Positions 9,525 through 19,900 of a stretch of DNA of 64,000 bases are shown here, in pieces; within the stretch, counting starts at the first letter, position 1; each line of letters starts with the position of its first letter. A program made the translations under genes and the position numbers. The DNA lies in contig CBDBMJ010000003.1 in NCBI GenBank assembly GCA_965207455.1, positions 1 through 64,000 on the forward strand, in the 5' to 3' direction. The notes below the pieces were generated by a model. The model saw nothing but the letters and a program-made list of their open reading frames with translations. It had not been told where the DNA came from and did not search any database. This DNA comes from Bdellovibrionota bacterium. Its GTDB lineage: Bacteria > Bdellovibrionota > UBA1018 > CAIPTA01 > JAALKR01.

Positions 9525-12500
9525 ATGAATAACTTGTTTGTGAAAATGGTCGGAACTTTTTGTAGTTCATCTTATATGTATTTAGGTTGGGTCTTAAAAA
9601 ATCTATGTAGCAGTGGAACATTGGCGTGTAAAAGCCTCAATCTCCACATAATACCGTTTATACTGTTTGCTTCCCTTGTTGGTTGTAGCAGTAGCGATTC
9701 GGGTAGTAATTTGTTGCCCTTTAATTCGTTTACTCCTAATTCGCCGCCTGAATTTGCTATCGAAATAGAAGGAATTAATCCTGAGGAGGGCATATACTAC
9801 TCTAAGAACTCATCACCAGCTTTTAAGTTTTCCAATGTGAGGGATGGAGCATCGGTCAGCCTACATGAAATGGAGGAATGTGCTGGAGAATTAGTGAGTT
9901 CAGATTCAACCCCGGTAGATGGTCAAGTGTCTGTAGGGCTAAAAAATCCCATTACTGATGATGGAGAATATACCTATTATGCAAAACATGCCAATGGGGC
10001 AAAGGTTTTTGATTGCTTAGAAATACAATACTATTTAGACACGCTAGCGCCAGCAGAACCAACGATAGGATTAGCTCAAGGAACCCTCAGTCCATCAAAT
10101 AATACAACACCTAGTTTTGTGCTGTCTGGTGTAGAAGATGGTGCTCTAGTTAGCTTACACACTGATGATCAATGTGCAGAGGCAAATATAGAATCAGGCA
10201 CAGCTACCGGTGATTCTATTACACTAACACTACAGACTGCTCTAAGTAGCGATGGAATATACAACTATTATGCAAAACAGGTGGATAGAGTTGGTAATAT
10301 TTCTGGCTGCTCCAGTGAAGGTTTGGATTATGAATTGGATACAAGTGCATTGACACCAACGATAGGATTAGCTCAAGGAACCGTCAGTCCATCAAATAAT
10401 ACAACACCTAGTTTTGTGCTGTCTGATGTAGAAGATGGTGCTCTAGTTAGCCTACACACTGATGATCAATGTATGGAGGCAAATAAAGTAACATCAGGCA
10501 CAGCTAGTGGCGACTCTATTACACTAACACTACAGACTGCTCTAAGTGCCGATGGAACCTATACCTATTTTGCAAAACAGGTGGATGGAATTGGTAATAT
10601 TTCTAGCTGCTCCAGTGAAGGTTTCGATTATAAGTTGAATACAAATGTATTGCTACCAATAACATCATTAGCTCAAGGAACCGTTAACCCATCAAGCAAT
10701 ACAACACCTGGTTTTATGGTGTCTAATATAAAAAATGGTGCTCTAGTTAGCCTACACACTGATGATCAATGTGCAGAGGCAAGTAAAGTAGAATCAGGCA
10801 CAGCTACCGGTGATTCTATTACACTAACACTACAGACTGCTCTAAGTAGTGATGGAACCTATACCTATTATGCAAAGCAAGTGGATGGAGGGAGTAATAT
10901 TTCTCCCTGTTCTAATGGTATAAGTTATACATTAGACACAATAGCTCTCATACCCACCTTATCACTAGTAACATCCAGCCCCTCTAACAATTCCACTCCA
11001 ACTTTTAGTCTAGGGAATTTAGAGATTGGAGGTAGCGTTGGATTATATTCTGATAATAGTTGCAGCACCTCGGCACAGGATTTAATTGAAATAACAGAAG
11101 AAAGCATGGAAATAACTCTATCTATGCCTTTAGTTAATTATAGCACTTACTCCTACCATACGAGACAAATAGACAGTTTCGATAATATTTCAGATTGCTC
11201 CAGCGCTATATCTTATGAATTTATTACCCCTCCTTTTGAATCTGTTTGGGCGGTTGGGCAATCAGAATATGGCGATGGAGACCAAAGTGTGACTCTTCCT
11301 CTAAGAGAGAATGATGGAAATGGAAATAACTTTGATTACGATTTCACCGTTTATTGGGGGGATGGCTCTAAAGAAACAGTTACAGCCTATAGTAATGATA
11401 TTACCCATGAATACACAAATCCAGGAGACTATACAATTAAAATAATAGGTCCAAAGCTTCCGGCTTGGTATTTTAATAATGGAGGAGATAAAAATAAAAT
11501 AATTGAGGTAAAAAATCTTGGAGTAGTGGGCTGGAAAAATTTAGCAGCTGGTTTTTATGATTGTCGAAAACTTACCAGATTTACTGCTGGGACCACAGAT
11601 ACCGCTCAAGTAACGAGTATGGATTATATGTTTCAGAGTATTGCCGCAACTTCAATTAATTTATCTGGTTTTAGTACCGAAAAAGTAACGAGTATGGATT
11701 ATATGTTTCAGAGTATTGCCGCAACTTCGATTAATGTATCTGGTTTCAACACCATTAACGTGAAAAGTATGAATGGTATGTTTTGGAGTACTGCGAGTTT
11801 GGAGTCTCTTGATTTATCTGATTGGAATGTCTCTAATGTGAAAGATATGAATGGTATGTTTGCTTATGCTTCAAAACTAACTACCCTTAACTTATCTGGC
11901 TGGGATACCTCTAGTGTAGCTCATATGAGGTCTATGTTTCATTATGCTTCGAGTTTAACTTCTCTTGATTTATCTGATTGGAATGTCTCTAATGTGAAAA
12001 GTATGTATGGTATGTTTGCTAATGCTTCAAAACTAACTACCCTTAACTTATCTGGCTGGGATACCTCTAGTGTAGCTCATATGAAGTCTATGTTTGCTAA
12101 TGCTTCGAGTTTAACTTCCCTTGATTTATCCAATTGGAATACCTCTAATGTAATATATATGCATAATATGTTTGCTTATGCTTCAAAACTAACTACCCTT
12201 AACTTATCTGGCTGGGATACCTCTAATGTAACGAATATGCAGTCTATGTTTGATTATGCTTCAGGTTTAGAGTCCCTTGATTTATCCAATTGGGATACCT
12301 CTAATGTAACGAATATGCAGTCTATGTTTTCTGATACTTCAGAACTAACTACCCTTAACTTATCTGGCTGGGATACCTCTAGTGTAATAGATATGCATAA
12401 TATGTTTTCTTTTTCTTCAAACTTATCCTCTCTTGATTTATCTCATTTTGTTACCTCTAATGTAATATATATGCATAATATGTTTGCTTATGCTTCAAAA

Positions 12501-13106
12501 CTAACTACCCTTAACTTATCTGGCTGGGATGTTTCTAATGTAACGAATATGAGCGCTATGTTTAATGCTATTTCAAGTTTGACTTCTCTTGATTTATCTC
12601 ATTTTGTTACCTCTAATGTAATATATATGCATAATATGTTTGCTTATGCTTCAAAACTAACTACCCTTAACTTATCTGGCTGGGATACCTCTAGTGTAAT
12701 AGAGATGCATAATATGTTTGCTTATGCTTCAGGTTTAGAGTCCCTTGATTTATCCAATTGGGATACCTCTAGTGTAACAGATATGCATAATATGTTTGAT
12801 TATGCTTCAGGTTTAGAGTCCCTTGATTTATCCAATTGGGATACCTCTAGTGTAATAGAGATGCATAATATGTTTGATTATGCTTCAGGTTTAGAGTCCC
12901 TTGATTTATCCAATTGGGATACCTCTAATGTAACGAATATGCTGTCTATGTTTTCTAATACTTCAAGTTTAGTGTCTCTCAATTTATCTGGTTGGGATGT
13001 TTCCACTGTGAAGTTCTCTTACAGCATATTTGATAATACTCATGCTGATCTTGCGCTCACTTGTTCTGACAGTGCAACTGATTTTTTTGGGAAAGACTGT
13101 CAGTAA
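9525..13106 (+). CDS. Surface lipoprotein copy 2: about 5 Ig-like repeats, PKD-like domain, about 18 BspA/DUF285-type repeats
   Basis: 1193-aa paralog of 1366-5676 with the same signal peptide and lipobox. Confidence 0.85.
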   Translation: MNNLFVKMVGTFCSSSYMYLGWVLKNLCSSGTLACKSLNLHIIPFILFASLVGCSSSDSGSNLLPFNSFTPNSPPEFAIEIEGINPEEGIYYSKNSSPAFKFSNVRDGASVSLHEMEECAGELVSSDSTPVDGQVSVGLKNPITDDGEYTYYAKHANGAKVFDCLEIQYYLDTLAPAEPTIGLAQGTLSPSNNTTPSFVLSGVEDGALVSLHTDDQCAEANIESGTATGDSITLTLQTALSSDGIYNYYAKQVDRVGNISGCSSEGLDYELDTSALTPTIGLAQGTVSPSNNTTPSFVLSDVEDGALVSLHTDDQCMEANKVTSGTASGDSITLTLQTALSADGTYTYFAKQVDGIGNISSCSSEGFDYKLNTNVLLPITSLAQGTVNPSSNTTPGFMVSNIKNGALVSLHTDDQCAEASKVESGTATGDSITLTLQTALSSDGTYTYYAKQVDGGSNISPCSNGISYTLDTIALIPTLSLVTSSPSNNSTPTFSLGNLEIGGSVGLYSDNSCSTSAQDLIEITEESMEITLSMPLVNYSTYSYHTRQIDSFDNISDCSSAISYEFITPPFESVWAVGQSEYGDGDQSVTLPLRENDGNGNNFDYDFTVYWGDGSKETVTAYSNDITHEYTNPGDYTIKIIGPKLPAWYFNNGGDKNKIIEVKNLGVVGWKNLAAGFYDCRKLTRFTAGTTDTAQVTSMDYMFQSIAATSINLSGFSTEKVTSMDYMFQSIAATSINVSGFNTINVKSMNGMFWSTASLESLDLSDWNVSNVKDMNGMFAYASKLTTLNLSGWDTSSVAHMRSMFHYASSLTSLDLSDWNVSNVKSMYGMFANASKLTTLNLSGWDTSSVAHMKSMFANASSLTSLDLSNWNTSNVIYMHNMFAYASKLTTLNLSGWDTSNVTNMQSMFDYASGLESLDLSNWDTSNVTNMQSMFSDTSELTTLNLSGWDTSSVIDMHNMFSFSSNLSSLDLSHFVTSNVIYMHNMFAYASKLTTLNLSGWDVSNVTNMSAMFNAISSLTSLDLSHFVTSNVIYMHNMFAYASKLTTLNLSGWDTSSVIEMHNMFAYASGLESLDLSNWDTSSVTDMHNMFDYASGLESLDLSNWDTSSVIEMHNMFDYASGLESLDLSNWDTSNVTNMLSMFSNTSSLVSLNLSGWDVSTVKFSYSIFDNTHADLALTCSDSATDFFGKDCQ

Positions 13107-13189
13107 GTAGCATTTTATCTTTCCCGAAAAAACGGACACTTTTACATAATCCATCGGACTCAAATATCCAAGCGAAGAATGTAACAATC

Positions 13190-14558
13190 TCATTTAAGGG
13201 CAGCTTGGGCAGCAGCCAGCCTAGCCGCGGGCACACGAAAGGGGCTACAGCTCACATAATCTAGACCCAGTTTGTGGCAAAAATAAATGGAGCGTACCTC
13301 ACCCCCATGCTCGCCACAAATACCCAGCTTCATGTTTTTTTGCACGGAAAGAGCTTTTCTAACAGCAATTTTCATTAATTCCCCCACTCCATCTTCATCG
13401 ATGGAAACAAAAGGGTCTTCGGGGAAAATATTATTTTCCACATAGTCGCCAAGAAATTGTCCGGCATCGTCCCTAGAGATGCCAAAACAGGTTTGGGTAA
13501 GATCGTTGGTGCCAAAGCTCAAAAATTCTGCTTGCCCCAGCTTAGGGTCGGCAATTTTTTCTGCACTTAACGATGCTCGTGGAAGCTCAATCATCGCACC
13601 AATGGAGTAGTTTATTTGCATGTTTTGTTCCTGAAAAACACTTTGAATTTCTTCTTCGCAATAATCCCGTATAAAACGAAGTTCTTTCCAGTGGGAAATA
13701 AGCGGCACCATGATTTCTGGCTCCACTACTATTTTTTCCGTTCTTTTCAATTCGCAAGCAGCTTCCATAATGGCTCGAACCTGCATCCGATAAATTTCAG
13801 GGAAAGAAATTCCTAACCGACAACCCCGGTGACCCAACATGGGATTAAACTCCGTTAGCATTTCCTTTCGTCGGTGTAAATCTTTCTCGGAGACTTGCAT
13901 CTCTTTTGCCAAGACCTGCATATCTTCGGGGTTATTGGGTAAAAATTCATGGAGAGGAGGATCGAGTAAACGAATAGTCACAGGGAGATTTGCCATTTCC
14001 CGAAAAATACCTAGAAAATCTTTTCTCTGTATGGGCTGGATTTTTGCTAGGGCTAGTTCACGAGATTTTCTATCACTGGCAAGAATTGTTTGGCGCATAC
14101 TCATAATACGGTCCTTTTCAAAAAACATATGTTCTGTACGACACAAACCAATCCCCTCGGCACCAAAACCCCTAGCCACCCTTGCGTCCAATGGGGAATC
14201 TCCGTTGGCTCGTACTTTTAGGGTGCGCACTTCGTCCGCCCAAGTCATAAAGCGGTGGAAGTCTGGGGGAGGGGTGGGCAATATGGTGCTCACCATTCCA
14301 TCAATAATTTTTCCTGTGGCACCCTCTATGGTGAGAACGTCGCCCTCGTGAAATGTTTTATGACCAATAGTGAGCGTTCGGTTCTCGTAGGAAATAATCA
14401 ATTCGGTGCAACCAGCAATGCAAGGTTTGCCCATACTTCGTGCCAGAACGGCTGCATGACTGGTCATTCCTCCCCGAGCCGTTACAATCCCTTCCGCAAC
14501 GTTCATGCCATGAATATCTTCAGGCGACGTTTCTATTCGCACAAGCAAAACCTTTTCT
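13190..14558 (-). pseudogene. ppdK: 5'-truncated ppdK duplicate, copy 2
   Basis: Same sequence as 5760-7128, including the AAVLAR variant. Confidence 0.9.
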
Positions 14559-16463
14559 CCTGAGTTCATGCGTAGGATTGCCTTTTCTTTCTAACCTCTC
14601 GATATAATTAGCATTTATTTTTTTATTGTTAAGTGTCTCTTTTAGTTGTCTTCTGAAAATTTTTCCGATACAATGTAAAGAGAAATTAAGGTAAGGAGGA
14701 AACAATATGTATATAACAACGCCAAAAAGAAAAGGTGGAATTACAGTCGTGCGCTTAATGCATGGATACAGAGAGAACGGCAAACTCAAACAAAAGGTAG
14801 TAAAAACTATAGGGCAATCAAGGGATCCGGCTCGGATTGAATACATGAAAAATGCCGCAAAGGAAATGAAGAGAAGCATAGAATCTGGAGAGAAACAAAA
14901 TATCAACTTTCATGCGCCAATTGCCATGAATCTATATAACCTGAAGGGGAAGGTCTCCGTAAACAACGGTGTTCCAGATATTTTAGGCAGTGTATACGAT
15001 AGGCTAGGTTTCGACAAAATAATTTCGGATACAAGAAAGGATAAAGAATGGAATGAAATTTTAAAATACTGCGTTTTCTCTCGACTCTTAGAACCATCTA
15101 GCAAATTAAGATCAATTGAGGTGATTTTAGATCAATTTGAAAAAAAAATCAGCCATGATCAGGTATTGAAGATGATGGATCACCTTTCTAAGAGGGAGGA
15201 AAAGATAAAAACATATCTATCAAAAAAAATGATAGAAGAAAGCAAGACTCTTGATCTCATGCTCTTCGATGTAACAACGTTATATTTTGAGAATATAAAT
15301 GTTACAGATTTAAAAAATTTTGGTTTCAGTAAGGACAGTAAATTTAAAGAGGTACAGGTGGTGCTTGCCTTACTCACAGATTCCGAAGGTCTGCCAATTA
15401 CATACGAAGTATTCCCAGGCAATACAGCAGAAACAAAAACATTTATTCATTGCATGGAAGATCTCAAGAAGAAATATAAATTAAATAAGATTCGAGTAAC
15501 TGCGGATAAAGCAATGTTCTCAAAAAAGAATTTCTCTTATTTTGAGGATAAAGAAATCCATGGTAATAGCTCTATGGAGTATATTATCTCCTGTCCGTTA
15601 AAGAAAATAGCAAAGAAATTACAGGAAGAAGTTTTAAACTTAGATAACTATACCCTGATAGATGAGGATAGAAGTGCATTTGAATTTCTCAATGATGGCA
15701 GAAGAGTAGTGGCTATTCACTCCAGGAAAAGAGCCGAATTAGATAGGCATAGAAGAGAAAAGTTGCTGGATATGATAAAGAAGCTAGAAGGAAAAAATGG
15801 AGAAATTGCAGTAGAAAAACTTACTCGTAATAGGGGGGTTAGTAGATTCCTTAAAAAATCAAAAGAAAGTGTAACAGTAAATAAAGAAGCTGTGATAGAG
15901 GACGCTCAATGGGACGGCATTGCTGGTCTTTGCACTAATATAAAAAATGCATCTCCTCGTGATTTAATGTATTCCTATAAAAGATTGTGGAAAATAGAAG
16001 AGTCTTTTAGAATCAACAAACATACATTAAAAATGCGCCCAATCTTCCATCGGCTTTCTAAGAGAATAAAATCTCATATAATGATATGTTTTCTCTCCTA
16101 TATCATTTTAAGATACACAGAAATTTTCCTGAAATCTAGGAGGTTTTCCTTTGGTCCTCGAAGTTTTTTAAATACTCTTTCTGATATAAAAACATTGATA
16201 GTACAAGAATCTAAAAGTAAAAAGCAATATGCTATTCCTGAGGAAATGTCTGAAGAGGGACAAAAGATTTACAAGGCATTTGGAGTAAAACGCAACGAGA
16301 TAGCGCGCCTGCTATTGGACCCTATCGATCTTTCCTAGAGCCACATCCAACACATCAGAATAAGGCAGAAAAAGTTAAGTGTCCTCCGAAATAATGTAAT
16401 GCATAAAGTGTTTATTTTCAGCTACTTGGAAGTTTCGCGATGCTCCGAACGCATGAGCTCAGG
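14559..16463 (+). mobile_element. IS1634-family insertion sequence, copy 2
   Basis: Same ends and flanks as copy 1; 1 SNP seen (15534). Confidence 0.85.
14707..16338 (+). CDS. IS1634-family transposase
   Basis: Protein identical to 7277-8908. Confidence 0.9.
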   Translation: MYITTPKRKGGITVVRLMHGYRENGKLKQKVVKTIGQSRDPARIEYMKNAAKEMKRSIESGEKQNINFHAPIAMNLYNLKGKVSVNNGVPDILGSVYDRLGFDKIISDTRKDKEWNEILKYCVFSRLLEPSSKLRSIEVILDQFEKKISHDQVLKMMDHLSKREEKIKTYLSKKMIEESKTLDLMLFDVTTLYFENINVTDLKNFGFSKDSKFKEVQVVLALLTDSEGLPITYEVFPGNTAETKTFIHCMEDLKKKYKLNKIRVTADKAMFSKKNFSYFEDKEIHGNSSMEYIISCPLKKIAKKLQEEVLNLDNYTLIDEDRSAFEFLNDGRRVVAIHSRKRAELDRHRREKLLDMIKKLEGKNGEIAVEKLTRNRGVSRFLKKSKESVTVNKEAVIEDAQWDGIAGLCTNIKNASPRDLMYSYKRLWKIEESFRINKHTLKMRPIFHRLSKRIKSHIMICFLSYIILRYTEIFLKSRRFSFGPRSFLNTLSDIKTLIVQESKSKKQYAIPEEMSEEGQKIYKAFGVKRNEIARLLLDPIDLS

Positions 16464-16954
16464 GAAAACTTTTGACTTTATGCGATTGATCCTCTCATTC
16501 AAAAAGGAGATTCAGAAAAAGTTAATAAAGATTTTCGATGACCTATCAACAGAGATACATTCCACCGCGTACGGTTAGATCATTTTTAAGCTATTCCCAG
16601 AATTAATTTTAGAAAAATCCTTTTTCTCTGGATTCTATTATTCAATTTAGTAAACAGCAGTGAAATTCATAGGCTAAAGTAGCCTGAACGGGTAACTTAG
16701 AGATAAATATGGATGTAGCTTGATTCCTATACCCATAAAAATGGAGTTTGAGCAAGGATGATGCACTTATTTCCGTTTCACAGTAAAACTTTTGTGAAAT
16801 AAAGAGTTTTTCAACACTCTTTCTTGTATTTATTTTTTCTTTGACACGAATTCTCTCCGCTTCACAAAAATAATAAAAATATCTCTAAAGGTATTACGGA
16901 TTCCGACCGTTTTAACAAGTGTAAGTTGGAAGAGTAACTTTTAGGAAGTTTATA

Positions 16955-19900
16955 ATGAATAACTTGTTTGTGAAAATGGTCGGAACTTTTTGTAGTTCAT
17001 CTTATATGTATTTAGGTTGGGTCTTAAAAAATCTATGTAGCAGTGGAACATTGGCGTGTAAAAGCCTCAATCTCCACATAATACCGTTTATACTGTTTGC
17101 TTCCCTTGTTGGTTGTAGCAGTAGCGATTCGGGTAGTAATTTGTTGCCCTCTAATTCACTGACTCCTAGTTTGCCGCCTGAATTTGCTATCGAAATAGAA
17201 GGAATTAATCCTGATGAAGGCATATACTACTCTAAGAACTCATCACCAGCTTTTAAGTTTTCCAATGTGAGGGATGGAGCATCGGTCAGCCTACATAAAA
17301 TAGAGGAATGTGCTGGAGAATCAGTGAGTTCAGATTCAATCCCGGCAGATGGTCAAGTGTCTGTAGGGCTAAAAAACTCCATTACTGCTGATGGAGAATA
17401 TACTTATTATGCAAAACATGCCAATGGGGCAGAGGTCTTTGATTGCTTAGAAATAAAATACCATTTAGACACGCTAGCGCCAGCAGAACCAACGATAGGA
17501 TTAGCTCAAGGAACCCTCAGTCCATCAAATAATACAACACCTAGTTTTGTGCTGTCTGGTGTAGAAGATGGTGCTCTAGTTAGCTTACACACTGATGATC
17601 AATGTGCAGAGGCAAATATAGAATCAGGCACAGCTACCGGTGATTCTATTACACTAACACTACAGACTGCTCTAAGTAGCGATGGAATATACAACTATTA
17701 TGCAAAACAGGTGGATAGAGTTGGTAATATTTCTGGCTGCTCCAGTGAAGGTTTGGATTATGAATTGGATACAAGTGCATTGACACCAACGATAGGATTA
17801 GCTCAAGGAACCGTCAGTCCATCAAATAATACAACACCTAGTTTTGTGCTGTCTGATGTAGAAGATGGTGCTCTAGTTAGCCTACACACTGATGATCAAT
17901 GTATGGAGGCAAATAAAGTAACATCAGGCACAGCTAGTAGCGACTCTATTACATTAACACTACAGACTGCTCTAAGTGCCGATGGAACCTATACCTATTT
18001 TGCAAAACAGGTGGATGGAATTGGTAATATTTCTAGCTGCTCCAGTGAAGGTTTCGATTATAAGTTGAATACAAATGTATTGCTACCAATAACATCATTA
18101 GCTCAAGGAACCGTTAACCCATCAAGCAATACAACACCTGGTTTTATGGTGTCTAATATAAAAAATGGTGCTCTAGTTAGCCTACACACTGATGATCAAT
18201 GTGCAGAGGCAAGTAAAGTAGAATCAGGCACAGCTACCGGTGATTCTATTACACTAACACTACAGACTGCTCTAAGTAGTGATGGAACCTATACCTATTA
18301 TGCAAAGCAAGTGGATGGAGGGAGTAATATTTCTCCCTGTTCTAATGGTATAAGTTATACATTAGACACAATAGCTCTCATACCCACCTTATCACTAGTA
18401 ACATCCAGTCTCTCTAATAATCCCACTCCAACTTTTAATCTAGGGAATTTAGAGACTGGAGGTAGCGTTGGATTATATTCTGACGATAGTTGCAGCACCT
18501 TGGCACAGGATTTGATTGAAATAACAGAAGAAAGCATGGAGATAACTCTATCTACATCATTAATCAGTAGTGGTACCTATTCTTATTTTGCAAAGCAGGT
18601 GGATAGAGCTGGTAATATTTCTGGCTGCTCCAGTGCAGGTGTGGATTATGAGTTGGATTCAACGGCTCCTAGCGCACCAACGATAGGATTAGCTCAAGGA
18701 ATCAGCAGCCCATCAAATAATACAACACCTAGTTTTGTGGTATCTGATGTAGAGGATGGTGCTCTAGTTAGCTTACACACTGATAATCAATGTGCAGAGG
18801 CAAATAAAATAAGGTCAGGCACAGCTACAGGTAACTCTATTGTATTAATATTACAGACCGCTCTAAGTATCGATGGAACCTATACCTATTATGCAAAACA
18901 GATAGATAGAGCTGGTAATATTTCTGGCTGCTCCAGTGCAAGTGTGGATTATGAGTTGGATTCAACGGCTCCTGGCGCACCAACGATAGGATTAGCCCAA
19001 GGAATCAACAGCCTATCAAGTAATACAACACCTAGTTTTGTGGCGTCTGATGTAGAAGACGGTGCTCTAGTTAGCTTACACACTGATGATCAATGTGCGG
19101 AGGCAAATAAAGTAACATCAGGCACAGCTACCGGTGACTCTATTACACTAACACTGCAGACTGCTCTAAGTATCGATGGAACCTATACCTATTATGCAAA
19201 ACAGGTGGATAGAGCTGGTAATATTTCTGGTTGCTCCAGTGCAGGTGTGGATTATGAGTTGGATTCAACGGCTCCTGGCGCACCAACGATAGGATTAGCC
19301 CAAGGAATCAACAGCCTATCAAGTAATACAACACCTAGTTTTGTGGTGTCTGATGTAGAAGATGGTGATCTAGTTAGCCTACACACTGATGCTCAATGTA
19401 CAGAGGCAAATAAAGTAACATCAGGCACAGCTAGTGGCGACTCTATTACATTAACACTACAGACCGCTCTAAGTAGCGATGGAACCTATACCTATTTTGC
19501 AAAGCAGGTGGATAGAGCTGGTAATATTTCTGGCTGCTCCAGTGCAGGTGTGGATTATGAGTTGGATACAAATGCATTGCCACCAACGATAGGATTAGCT
19601 CAAGGAATCAGCAGCCCATCAAGTAATACAACACCTAGTTTTGTGGCGTCTGATGTAGAAGATGGTGCTCTAGTTAGCTTACACACTGATGATCAATGTG
19701 CGGAGGCAAATAAAGTAACATCAGGCACAGCTACCGGTGACTCTATTACACTAACACTGCAGACTGCTCTAAGTATCGATGGAACCTATACCTATTATGC
19801 AAAACAGGTGGATAAAGTTAGTAATACTTCTCCTTGTTCCAATGGTATACGTTATACGTTAGACACAATGGTTGTTGCGCCCACTTTATCGCTAGTAACG

